Shown: positions 49,662 through 62,288 of the stretch, in pieces
Layout of the letters: every line of letters starts with the position of its first letter
How positions within the stretch are numbered: the first letter of the stretch is position 1
NCBI GenBank assembly: GCA_030390025.1
Contig: CM059432.1
Coordinates: 114,454,001 to 114,518,000, forward strand
Length of the DNA stretch: 64,000 bases
Origin: Squalus acanthias
Lineage: Eukaryota
Reading direction: 5' to 3'
Made by a program: the position numbers and the translations under genes
The notes under the pieces: model-generated
Seen by the model: the letters and a program-made list of their open reading frames with translations, nothing else
Told to the model about the DNA's origin: nothing
The model's database searches: none

Positions 49662-52600
49662 TCCTTTAAATATCCCAGCTGAAAACGTGTCATCGCTGAC
49701 GTCATCAGAGCCGCACCATTTAATTGGGCCGGGTAACGCGCAGGGCTGCCTTAATAGGCCCCCTTAACGGAAAGTCGATCTCAGGAGCGGCATGGTAGGA
49801 CGAATGGGGTCACGACCCGCCACAGCGACCGCCCGCACCTGACCTGCCCAGGTACAGAAAATTCCGGCCTTTATGTAAATTATATCGAGAAGCTTCATGT
49901 ATAGCGGCAGTTTTTGACTACACCAGAGATTGTTTCTAAATAACACTAAACAAAATACACACGGTACAAACCCCAATACAGAGAGGCTTTCTTAATAATT
50001 ACTGCCATTAGATCCTGTTCACTGATTGTAAGGAAATATTAACTGCTAAAATGGGGACGGAAGAAAAAATAAATCTCGCGGGATGTTTTTTGAATTTTTG
50101 ATTAAAATAAAATACTGTATTGAGCAGCATCTTTATTTCAGTAATCTTATGCTATTTTAATTTGATTGTCTCAGGCATCAAGCACATTAGAGGGAGTTTC
50201 TTTGTCAGTTTAAAGGCATGCCGCACAAATACAGCTGCTTTTATATCGACCTTGTTTTAACTTGGATGCTGAGAGACGTGTTTACCCAACTAAATCTGGC
50301 TGTCTTAGCCTGGCTGAAGACTCGTAGATCCAGGTTTGTGTGGGTCTACAAGTCTGCCGCTGGGATAAGGCAGCGGTATTTAGCACTGTAAACATTGGGA
50401 GTCTGTTCACAGTCACTGGTGCCCTGGAATCCCAATTGAAATAAGGCCAATATAAAAGCTGCTTCAGTGTCCAGTTTGGAACCCAGACTGCTGTCAATCA
50501 CCAAGATGCTACAGGTGTGTCAATGACTGAAACACACAGTTTGCAACCCAGCTCGTCCTACCTGATTCCCAGATCTCTGCTTCTGCATCGTTTTCCTCTA
50601 AATGTTAAGGAGGCAGAGGGGGGGAAAAAAAAGAATGTACATGGAACGTTGCTGCATAAATTAAAATAAATAATAGTCTTAGTATCAAATTAAAATGATG
50701 AACAAGATAGGCATGGCACAAAGCGTGATAACAAGTGTCATAGCTAGCAGCAGAAAACACTAACCGGAAGATCAATCGGCCAGAGGGACTACACCTGCAG
50801 CAAAATTTCTCTGATTTTATTATTAATCCAAGACGAGTAATTTCTATATAGTGCTGTTGTGTCTTCTGCTGTCATTATATTTTTGAGAAATAACTTTGTT
50901 GTGCCATGCTTATGCTGTGATTATGATGCTAAGTAAAACATGAACAAATGCTAGGTCAGAATAGAGGTTCTGGAAACATTTTGACTAAACACCTTTCTTT
51001 CTTTGAAACATCTTGTGTTTGAAAGAGAAAAGGGAAGCACATACAAAAAAATGCACAGCAAAGAATATATGTAGAGATTCCAGTCAGATGAACATAGTGG
51101 ACAATAAAAAATAGGGAATAGAAGAGACAGACCTGAGTTCCTCCTTTTGGGTGATTCCAGTTCTTCTGTGATCACAAAATGGCAAGACATAGACAAAGAA
51201 GATGAGCATGAGTGAATGCTTTCAAATGATGAAACTGACACTGATGAAAATGGACTTAACCAGATTCGAGGTGAGACTCGTCAGATTGTCAACTTTTGAG
51301 AAACAGGTGCTAGTACACCCGCAACGTCACACGGGAAGGAAGGTTACGTAGTTAAAAGATGGCTTGACTCACAAGTAAGCAAAGAAACAGAGTTAGTAAG
51401 AGACCTTTGCACAAATGCTGCACAGATAGCATCATGCCTTCTAGTCCAAATAATGAGTCAAAAATAGTGCTGTAAAGGAGGAAGTAAAACAGTCAATACC
51501 CATTGACATTATTTCATATTCTGTACATATTTCCTTTTGCCTTGATTCATGAGTGCTGTGATATGACTCTCTACTTGTCAAATGTTTCAAATATGCTCAC
51601 TGTGTCAAGCAAGTGAAGCTTCACAAAGCTTGTAAATTAGAGTCCAGGCTTCAGTTGGATTTTGTTTACATTTTTAATAAAGGGGAGTTGATGTCAAAAA
51701 AGTGCATAGGTTCCAGGTTTGAACTTGACATGCTTTGGACTCCCCATCAAACTGAGTAATCAGCCGACCTCACTACGCATTTGTTAAAGATTGAAATTTG
51801 ATCAGGAGATTCATGGAGCTCCTTTTAATTCAAATCCTTGACTAAAGTGCAGCTTTATCATTTCTAGAATATTTAATATAATCTAATATATCATGTAAGT
51901 TCTAAAAGTCTAGTAGAGTGACTATAAGATTATAACCTCTTAAACAATTGATGAAAATGCTAAAAAAAGATATCTAGAAAAAAAAAATCAACTAATCAAT
52001 AATGGCTGAAACTTTAATCAGAAAAATCTATCAGAGGTGCAGTCTATATCTGTCTCTCATCACCAAAAATATTCAACTACATATGGTAACTGTTCAGGTT
52101 GCTTATTATGCAACACTTTTATCATAAAGGTGCCAGTCTTACTATCTGTTAAAATTGAGATCTACAGATAAATGAAATGGACCCTTTACTAGATGATAGC
52201 TAGGAACATAGTTTTCATTAGCACGTTCATTATCTTCGATTTCTTGAAGCACTACAACATCTTCATAACTCAGTGTAATTATCATCTGAACATAGGTTAA
52301 ATGGCATTCACCAACATCTGGCTCACAATTGGGTAGTTATCCTTCCACAGTTTATGTTATCTTTCGAAATAGCATTAATAATTGCAAATTTGATTTGAGT
52401 ACTTGCTTATTACACTCATCTTACAATAATGTTGCAGTTTGACAGGTTTTATTAAAAACCAATCAGGCTTTAACAAAATTAAATTGAACAGAAAGCAAAG
52501 AAAACCTAATTTAAAAAACAGAAATAATTTAGAGCTGCTAAGTTTGGATGACTCGGCACAATTTGAAGCACTGAAAGTGAACAGAGCACTTCAGAGATTT

Positions 52601-53310
52601 GTAACCTCATTGATGACAGAATCACATGTCCGTACAATACTATTCCAATTTATGTTGTGACCCAGACACCCTTCCCTCATTCCCACATTTGGGATGCACA
52701 TGCATGTTTCAGATAAGGCAGAACCACAAAATTCTTGCCCGCTTGATGAACAGCACCAATTTAGTCTTGAGTTGTAATGTGCAATCATAAAAGTACAGAA
52801 ACTGTTTGTTATCATGCCTGAGAATGAGGTGTACAGGGATCATTAATGATTCTTTCTGCCTTTTACCCGACCTACAAAAATAGTGAATCCTTATCGTGTT
52901 GCTTTATCTTATGCCTCTTCATAGATTAAACCCATTTCACAGAACTGAAAGGAATTCTGAGTCAGACAGATTGGTTGTCCAAATAGGCATAACTCTCTGC
53001 AACATGTGTTGGTTTAAGAATTTCTGCAGAGCAGCTTTGCATGATACACCATTAGTTGAGAGACATTTATTCAATTGTGATTTTACTATGAAACACATTA
53101 CTATTTTCTGTCGTACGAATATATTTGGCACAACTGTATCTTCAAGATGTTTTGTATATATAGTGTAAAAGATTTTAAAATGGGTATCTTTTGACATCAG
53201 ACACCAGTGATTATTTAACTCTGTCATTATTTGCTGGCATGGAGGAAATTAAAGGTTTTATTTCACAGAGTAAGTACTGATATAGCCAGGTAATCAATCA
53301 CAAGCTTTTA

Positions 53311-53877
53311 CAGTAGACCCTCAGTTATCTGGTGCTCAGAGGACGAGGAATCTTGCTTTTTCAGGCACTATGCAGTATAAAAAATATAATACTAGACTCT
53401 ATTTTAGTGTGTCCTACAGTGTACTGCATTTTGTTTACTTGTCCAGTTCAAACACTTACTGAATTTGTTTTTAAATTATTTTGGTAAATTTTTTGCTCAT
53501 TAAGGTGAAAGATGTTAATACAGAATACTTTCCATTTCACATGCAGTGTCGGTATGAAGCAGCCCAGGTCTCATACAGTACATGTGTATGCAGAGTAAAT
53601 TTACTTTTACTCTGCCCTGACAATGTGCCACAGCCCACAGAGGAGACTCTCATTCCATCACATTGGGCAGGATTTGAATCCAGTTCCCAGAGCTGAAAGG
53701 CTAGTGTCCAATCCACTGCACCACCCACTGGACTCAATATAAATGCTCACTACATACAAAAGCATTATTTTTAATAGCATTTTTCTTCAATAGCATGTCA
53801 TTATATTGGCACTGTATATTTCAAAGTTACAGATACCCTTGCAGCCTCAATATGTCCAGATAACTGAAGTTCCCCTG
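53311..53877. mobile_element. Old Tc1/mariner (pogo/Tigger-like) MITE containing a tRNA-head SINE fragment (~53620-53735, minus)
   Basis: TA|CAGTAGACCCTCAGTTATCTGG ... CCAGATAACTGAAGTTCCCCTG|TG. Confidence 0.55.
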
Positions 53878-55841
53878 TGTTATAAACTACATCAGCAACA
53901 ACAGCCTTTTTGGAAATATTTGACTGTACTAACCACAGCACATATACAACAACGCAAGTGCAGTCCTACCATGCTAGAATAAACAAGCACACAGTAAAAA
54001 CAATGCACGGAAACACATATCAAGCAAATGTGTTCATACTGCACAGAGTGTAAGAATGTTCCCACTGGGAAAAGCTCTTAGGATGATCTTCTTTTGCCTA
54101 CTTCTGTAGTAATTTTTTATGTTACCAGCAGATGCAGCTGAAATTAACTGTTCTGCTTTACATTGAGTTTGAGGTACAATTTAAATATGTATCAATTTGA
54201 ATTAGGTCTTTTAAAATAATAGTGAAATGTTATTAAAGAAATAGCAGTGCAATTCTCCTTTAGTCGCCACATAAAAAGCTTAATTATCATATTTTATAAT
54301 GTTATAGTGAATTTTCAGAGATGGTTTTATGTGAAGAAAGTCAGATGTACTAGTCAAGAGCCATGTTGGTTCTTAAGAATTAGATTTGTTTCCTACTTCA
54401 ATATTTCAACTCTCCGCCCATCCCCACATCATATGCCTGCTGTATTTATAGGTTGAAAATTGTGAGCTGGCGCTGCAAAAAGGACGAATGTTAGGAAGAT
54501 AGTAAATTATGAACTGTATTCATCTACCTATGAGGCAAATGCTCATGATACACTATGTGGGGAGAAGAACACATCACACACACACTCACTAAAAAAAAGC
54601 ATGAAACCTAAAATTCACTGCTAATTATACAGAGTCTCATGCTTTCCATGGTTTTCACAGCCTGACAAACCTGGCTCAGAAAGCTGCCTCTGTTTTGACC
54701 TGTCATCAGCTACTGTACCATTCATTTTTCTCTGCTGGTCTTCCCAGGTAACTTCTATTACAAATCAAATGGAAACACAGCAAATAATAAAACTTCTAAG
54801 TCTAAAATGATAGGGGATTGGCTCAATTAAGAAGTTATAAAAAAGCATAATATTTGTGAACACATATGTAGAAGAGGATATGGAAAAAATAGATCCAACA
54901 GCAATAAAATTAAAGATGGCAATGCAAAGGTGCAGGTCTCACTAAATCAATCACTCCATTCAGATCCGACATTTATTGTAAACTTTGGTACAACTTTGAA
55001 GAAAACTTTAGGAATAAGATAGTTGATAGCAAGAGTGTTTTACAAAACCTACTCTTCTATTGTAGCTCTGTACTTTAAATAATTTGAGTTGGAATTTTAA
55101 GTAGTCTGCTGGTAGTAGAGCTACATGAGATGGCATCAGTGTTTACCCTGCTAGACGAATATGTAATTCATAATTTTCTCCTTTTCAGTGGATGTGCATT
55201 TTAAAAAAGAACTGTCCAAATTTTCTTCATTGCTTTGTACAAGTAATTTACACACGCTCTCGGGTCATGGTTTGATACAGAGTACATGCCATATTAAAGA
55301 CTACACACACTTCCAGGTACAGACATGAGTCAAGAATAGTTGCACGGTTCTGCACATTGGGGTGGGTGCTCAGTCATCAGTCTATTCCTTGAGTGCAGTG
55401 AGTGGTCCATCCATCCATCCTAAAGGTTAGTGGGCCAGATTCATTATATTTTGTTTATTTCTTTTTAAATGAATCAATCCAGGGTTCCATCAACATGAAG
55501 TGTCCAAGGAGTAGTGAGTTACGTGTTGCGAAAGTTCATGCACCAGTGCCTAACTGGCATAATTGTCAGCCGCTGAATAGTTTGCTCAAATATGGAGTAA
55601 GTGAGACAGGGTTTGTGTTACTGCTAACCTTCTGTCTTTCAGCCACCCGCTTTAATAAGAACATTCAGTTGATCCCGGCTGTCAGTGCTATTGGGGAAAA
55701 TTAGAAGTTTGCGAGTATTTTAATTTTACCACTGTGGGTAGATGGTAAACTGACTACTGCCATTTAATAAGAGAAAAACTACTGTAATAAATTGGACCAT
55801 ACTATGAAAAAAATTAAATGGCAACTTTATAAAAGACGAAG

Positions 55842-56443
55842 AGGTCTACTTTAACCCTAATTGCCCGGCGGAAACCGCACGGGTGGGTTGTTAAAAATGA
55901 GCAAATTACTTACCAGCTCAGCTCTGATCCCCACCGTTTGCGATGTTAACCTGCAGGGTTTTGCAGGCGGACGAGCCTCATAAATTTATGGAAATCAGGG
56001 TTCTATTATCTCAATAGGACCCCGATGTAATTTTAATTGGGACCCGAGAGCGGAAGCTTCTGTGGCTATCCTGCTCGGCAAAAGCAGGTCTGCAGCTGGT
56101 CTAAATACAGTAGAGGCACTTCAGATAAATCTAAAACTTTCCTTTGTGGGACCAGCAGGAACAGCAGTGCTCCTCAGGACCCCACAATCAAACTTGCGGT
56201 CTCTCCAGCCCCCAGACTCCCCCTCCACTGCCCTCCCATGACCCTCCTGAAATTTCCGCCCCACCACTGGTTGGTGAGCGACTATCAGCCACATGATCAT
56301 CGATTGCCGACATCCGCTCTGTGCTTTCTACACACCTGTAGACCAGTGGCATTTAAATGAGGTGCAGCGGTTAAAATCGCCATGGCGGGAAATCAACTCG
56401 CTGGAGTGGTTTCCCACTGGAAACCCGCTCTGAGTTAAAATCC
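55842..56443. mobile_element. Probable Harbinger-type MITE
   Basis: GGTCTACTTTAACCC ... GAGTTAAAATCCC ends; right end truncated by an L2 tail. Confidence 0.4.
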
Positions 56444-56948
56444 CAACAACAACAACTTGTATTTATATAGCGCCTTTAACGTAGTAAAACATCCCAAGGC
56501 ACTTCACAGGAGGGTCATAAAACAAAATTTGACACCGAGCCACATAAGCAGAAATTAGGGCTAAAGACCAAAAGCTTGGTCAAAGAGATAGGTGTTAAGG
56601 GGCGTCTTAAAGGAGGAAAGAGAGGTAGAGAGGCGGAGAAGTTTAGGGAGGGAATTCCAGAGCTTAGGGCCTTGGCAACTGAAGGCACAGCCACCAATGG
56701 TTGAGTGATTAAAATCAGGGATGCTCAAGAGGCCAGAATTAGAGGAGCGCAGATATCTCGGGGGGATTGTGGGGCTGGAGGAGATTACAAAGATAGGGAG
56801 GGGCGAGGCCCTGGAGGGATTTGAAAACAAGGATGAGAATTTTAAAATCGAGGCGTTGCTTAACTGGGAGTCAATGTAGGTCAGCAAGCACAGGGGTGAT
56901 GGGTGAACGGGACTTGGTGCGAGTTAGAACACGGGCAGTCGACTTTTG

Positions 56949-58797
56949 TGTACGAAAGACTGGTATTAGAGATTCTTGGTAGATGGGAATCATATATGTA
57001 TAAATTCAAGTGTAGCCATTGACCAACTAATCTTACCCATGATTCCCTGTGAGTATGGAAATGCTAAAGACTGTTCGAATGTAGCCACGAAGACAGTTAA
57101 AAAGCAGTTTTGACTAAGTTCAGATAACAAACAGCCACAGGCTGCGAGTGAAGGTCAAATTGTTAAATAACATATTATAGTATTAATAACATAGTATAAT
57201 GCTAAGTAGGAATTAAGGGGAAAAAATTAGGTCGCGCCCCATTTGGGGCGCAAATATCGTCTGGACGCAAATATTAGCGCCTGGCGCTAATTATTGGCAC
57301 TGACTGGAAACTTCACTTTTACCGCCCCGGGAGGTGAGTGGAGCGCTAAATCAGGCGCTGCACACCTGTCTTAAGGCGCAAAGGCCAAGGAGTGAGGTGC
57401 TAACTCAGAGCGCTGGCGAAGCTCATGTAATGTCAGTCAGCAATGGAACACACACACACAATGGCACGGGCCAGTTCTTAAAGGGGATGGTTAATCTTGC
57501 TTTCCATCCACATCCTGTTCATTGCAGCCTTGAATCTCGGCCTGGAGAGACTTGCACATCAAATGTGCTGGAAAGAACAATGGAGAGTACCAGGCAAAGA
57601 GCTCAGAGTGCAGCTCCCACAGTCTCTGCTAAATCGATACAAGGAATGGCAAATCAAAATGAACCTGCAAAGTGCTGCTCAGTACCCAAAACTCCTTCAC
57701 ACAACGTTGAATCTCTCCAGAAGTCTCTCCCTCTCTCTCTCAGAATGCGTAGTTCAAAAATGCCACCAACAATAAAAGACAGGAAGAGGCCCCCTTTAAA
57801 TAGCGCCCCCCCCCCAGCCCCACAGCGATTGATAGCGTTCCAGTCTTCTGGTCGTTGGATGCGCCAGGCGGTAAGGCAGGGGGCGCCACTCAATTTCCGC
57901 TCCGGGGCACCACAAGGGCGTTGCACCATGGAATGACGTCACAATCTGCGCGCGCAGGTGGTCGCAGCGGTAAAGTTTAGCGCCGCTGCACAATCTCTAG
58001 TTAAGTTCCCGAGCGGCGCAAACATCGCTGCGCCCGGGCGTTAGCGGCTTTGCGCCCCATTAGCGCCCTCTTAAGGCACTAACGGGAGGCGCAACCAACT
58101 GAATTTTTACCCCTAAGAGTTCGCTTAACAAAACTAATTGCAAAGATATTTGAAAGATAATTAGTATAAAAGACATAAAATGAGAGAGATCTTGGGAGTT
58201 AAAGTATCCACTTGGTAGATCAAAGAGAGATAGTCTGGACACCGTCAAGATAAGGGAGACAGCTCTGACATGGGCCTCTTGGTATTAGGCTGTGTACTGC
58301 TTGGACCAGGGAAGATAGAATAAGAGAGATAAGATAAATTCCAATAGGGTGTGAAGAACTATAAACAACATAACGATGAAACAGGGTAGAGTTGTTGGAA
58401 AATTACTGGAGCCAGGCGTGGCCAAGATGCTACCCTTAGTATGAGTGACAATGGTATTTTGACCATTAGAACCTATGAAAAAAGGTGATTTTGTTAAAGA
58501 CCATATATGGACACTGGCCAAACGAACTGTTGATAAGAAAAGGGTTAAAACCCCGATAATAAAAGAATAACTTCACACAGAACTACTGCGAAGGCAAAGG
58601 AACAGATTGAAGACGACGTCACCTGTGTCCGAGAGGTTCCAGAGACCAAAGGCTGCGAGCTACTCATTGAACTGTCACCTATTGTTAAGTATATTATGCT
58701 GTAAGCTTAATAAATCTTGATCTATTGCTCAAACATACTGGCTGCTGCATATTTGTTTCTTGTCTAAGAACTCTGAGGGATCATTTAAGATCTTACA
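56949..58797 (+). mobile_element. Solo LTR (~950 bp after removing the MITE), Gypsy or ERV type
   Basis: TGTA...TACA ends; perfect 4-bp TSD TTTG; AATAAA at ~58709. Confidence 0.8.
57217..58113. mobile_element. Harbinger-type MITE, inverted sister of 35241-36124
   Basis: TIR GGGGAAAAAATT / AATTTTTACCCC; TSD TAA; shared internal sequence. Confidence 0.9.
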
Positions 58798-59759
58798 TTT
58801 GGATGACCTCAAGTTTACATAGGGTGGAACGCGGGAGGCCAGCCAGGTGTGCATTGGAATAGTCAAGTCTCGAGGTAACAAAGGCATCTCCCCAAAAACT
58901 TTGGAACAAGTAGAAAGGAATATCTATTTTGACAGTTATTTAGCTTCCTATTCCTCAGTTCGATCAACAGAATGTTATTGAAGATGGTTGTTTTGTGGTT
59001 CCATCTGATTATATGACCTACAATTTGTACCCAAACTTGCTGCGGAAGTGAAGACAGCTGTAGGAATACTTCTTTCTGAATGATTATTAAAACAAATGCC
59101 TTTCGTGCTTTTACTTGAAAACCACAGGACGGTTACCATTAAAATGCCATTAACGCAAAAAAGGCCAGCTTTATTGCTGAACAAAATATTTCCACTTATT
59201 CCATTCATAATCTGGTAGCAACAGAATTCCATTTATGTGCAGAAAATATCATAGCCCCAATTTTAACCCACTTTCCGCGCCCGCCCCCCCCCCACCCCAC
59301 AGAATGGGCAGGAAAGGGTCGGGCAAGGCGTAAAAATCCCAGAATGGCGATCCCATCCCCAACCCGCCATGTTCTTGGTTGCCACAATATTAAAGGCTGT
59401 GAATATCAGGGTCGACGAGTTCTCCAGCTGCAGAGAGGAGGGAGGCTCATTACTATATGTAAATTGTGGTCGATGATGCAATTAAGACCCCGATGTGATT
59501 TTAACAAGTGCAGCACGGGGTTCACACAGGTCAGTAAGATTGCCTGGGGAACCCTGGCAGGATTGGGTGCCGACTGATCAGTGCAGTTAAATTAAAGGAG
59601 GCCACGATCTGAATAAAGCTGCAACACTCACAGTGCTCTTTCATTTCATTGTGGGCTGTGATTCTGTGATCACTGTTTGGTTTTGCTGGTAATTTGGAGA
59701 ATATTTCTAATCAAGTACAATAAGCTGATTATAGATGCTGCTTTAGCTGCAATTTACTG

Positions 59760-61990
59760 GAGTGAAAAGGAGCAGGAGGTAGGGGAGCAATAGCAGCAAG
59801 GACGTGCTGAAAAAGGAGCTGCAGGAGGGCCACAGAGAAGGCAGCAACTGAGGCGACATGCTGATAGAAGGCCTTACCCAGCTTACAGTGTCTATAGACA
59901 GAGACATTGGCCGGGATTTTACTAACCTCAGCGGGTCCATGGCGGGCGATGTCGGTGGTGGGTCCCGACCTCGTTGCTGGCTCCATCCCGCTGTCTGAAA
60001 TGATTTTCCCCCAGTTGGGCTTGTTAAGCCCGCCCAGCGCGTTTCCCAGCCAATTAGAGGAAGCGGGTCTGGTGACATCATTTGATGATGCGCCATCAGC
60101 CAGTTTCCTTAAAGGGACCCTGTCCAAATTTATTTTGACATTTGTGCTGTCAGTGTTATACAGCATTGAGGTGCTGCAAACACTGACAATGACTGCACAA
60201 AGGCACAGGGCTGCACCCAGGTTATCCCATGACTCCCTCCATATGGAGGGAGTCACAGCACGCAGGGAGGTCCTCTTCCCTTCCCATGGGCGGAAGAGAG
60301 CTCCCCAGGAGATCAACACAGCCTGGTTGCACATTGCAGAGGAGGGCACAAGCAGGGATGTGATCAGGAGGACCTGGGTGCAGTGCCGCAAACGTTTCAA
60401 TGATCTCAGTTGATCACGAAACGTTAGTACAAAGCCACACTCAACCTCATCCTGCTGTGCCTCTCATCACATCCCCATCACTCTGCCTTCCCTACCCTAC
60501 TCCTGCACATCCTTACTCACACCAAGTTACCTTGCACCTCCATCAATCCCTCTCTATCTACATGATCACATCCCCATCTCACTAGCCACCCATCACACTC
60601 ACCCTCATCCTAGTGCAATCATGCCAACTAACAGCACACAAGGGTAGCCACTTGGGTGTTTTATCCAATGTTCATGTAAAGTTTCTGTTATTTTCAACAC
60701 TTTGCGTTCTTGGACAGATTTGTGTGCACCTTTGGAAGTGGTTTAGTGAGTTGCAGTGAATGGTGAGACATAACGGTACCCCCCACAATGGTCATGAGTG
60801 TGAAAGGAATGGCTTGGGCATTGTGGGGATGCTTTATGGTGTTGGTGTGGGGTGGTGCCAACCTGGTGCATTATGTGGCAGCCAGGTTGTACAGCGTCAA
60901 GTGAAGTAAATCTGGCCATAGTGAGGCCATGCCTGGCCTCCCGGGCAGCAATGTGGTCGGGTGCTGATGCCCTCTGTCTTGTGCAGCATCAGTTGATTGT
61001 GGAGAAGGTTGGTGTCATTGTTGGTGTTGCTGGTGTGCCTGGTGCTGCTGGTTTTGGGGCTGCTGGTTTTGGGGCTGATCATGGAGGGATTCTGAGGACC
61101 AAGGTGAGAGGGTATAAAGGGCACCAATGTTGATGGAATAGATGGCAGGTGAACTTGAGATGACAGAAGCAATCTGTCAATGGTGAGAGAGGTTGTTCCA
61201 ATGAGGTGACACTGGATAGAGAGTTTACTCCAAACACTTGCAACCTGCATAAAGTTCAATCTGTCTTCCAAATACACTAAGCAACAGCTTCTGAGCTGTG
61301 AGGTGGGAGCTTTTATAGCACATTTCAAGCTGTCAAGTAATCAGCTGATTCAAAGGACATTCATCTCCGACCTCAGCTTAACAGACGTGATCCCCGAGCA
61401 GTGAGGACCTGTCGGCGAGCATGTAAAGTCAAAAGGTAAGCTAAAATGCATTCTTAATGTCTAAACAAGGTCATAATGAGCTTAATTGGGTCCCCGCCGC
61501 TGCCTGTCGGGTCGGCTCAGCGCTGACAGACCCGACATTGGGAAAGGCTCATGGCAGCGGGTTCACAGCAGGGTCCCGACCCGCTGGGGGGGAAAAAAAC
61601 ACTTTTGCACCTGACCCGCCACCGATCGCACCCGCTGACCCCCCGGATAATTCCGGCCTTAGCTTCTTTCACCTGTCTGAGGAACAGTGCTTCAGGAGGC
61701 TCAGATTGTCAGGGCAGATAGTTGCAGACCTCTGCAGGCAACTGCCTGCTGGACCAGATGGCCATGCCATGCCAGTGGCAGTGAAAGTGAGCACCAGCCT
61801 AAACTTTTACGCCTCTGGATCCTTCTAGGCTACCACAGGGAACATATTGAGAGTGCCGCAGTCAGGCACTCACAAATGCATCAGACAGGTCACAGATGCT
61901 TTATTTCACACGGCCAGTCGGTATATTTTGTTTCCAGCTGATGACAGCAGTCAGACAGAGCATAGGGGTTTGCAACTATGGCTGGCTTCC
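59760..61990 (+). pseudogene. Older Harbinger transposase 5' remnant (59760-59908 + 61659-61990), split by a younger Harbinger derivative
   Basis: RRPYPAYSVYRQR | LSFFHLSEEQCFRRLRLS..MPVAVKVSTSLNFYASGSF..HKCIRQVTDALF. Confidence 0.8.
59909..61658 (-). mobile_element. Internally deleted non-autonomous Harbinger element (same family as 9527-11418)
   Basis: TIR GGCCGGGATTTT / ATAATTCCGGCC; Myb exon 1 MTAQRHRAAPRLS..WVQCRKRFND at 60189-60410. Confidence 0.88.
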
Positions 61991-61991
61991 C

Positions 61992-62288
61992 ACAACAACA
62001 ACAACTTCTTGTATTTATATAGCACCTTTAATGTAGTAAAACCTCCCAAGGCGCTGCACAGGAGTATTTTAAGACAAAAAATTTGACACTGAGCCACATA
62101 AGGATAAATTAGGGCATGTGACCAAAAGCTTGGTCAAAGAGGTAGGTTGGAAGGAGGGACTTAAAGGAAGATAGAGAGGTAGCGAGGCAGAGAGGTTTAG
62201 GAAGGAAATTCCAGAGCTTAGGGCCTAGGTAACAGAAGGCACAGCCACCAAATGTTGAGCGATTATAATCAGGGATGCTCAAGAGGAC
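61992..62288 (-). mobile_element. L2 3' end fragment
   Basis: AACAACAACAAC tail; body matches the other L2 ends in the window. Confidence 0.85.

Larger units (their letters stand above)
44793..49869 (+). mobile_element. Near-full-length PIF/Harbinger DNA transposon, family B (inactivated; hosts a MITE and a Penelope-type insert)
   Basis: TIR GGCCAGAATTTTCT / AGAAAATTCCGGCC; convergent transposase and Myb genes. Confidence 0.92.
56444..58887 (-). mobile_element. L2 LINE 3' fragment (56444-56948 + 58798-58887) split by a solo LTR
   Basis: Tail AACAACAACTTGTATTTATATAG; RYLRSSNSGLL..GGCAFSCQGPKLWNSLP; continues as TTTGGATGACCTCAAG, as at 2437. Confidence 0.9.

Noticed and set aside
51180..51275. 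Host exon ending at CGAG|GTGAGA
   Set aside because: In-frame stop just upstream, no clear acceptor and no partner exons.
57334..57936. 200-aa ORF also seen at 35549-35899
   Set aside because: Internal MITE sequence with no recognisable domain; the frame is not conserved at the ends between copies.
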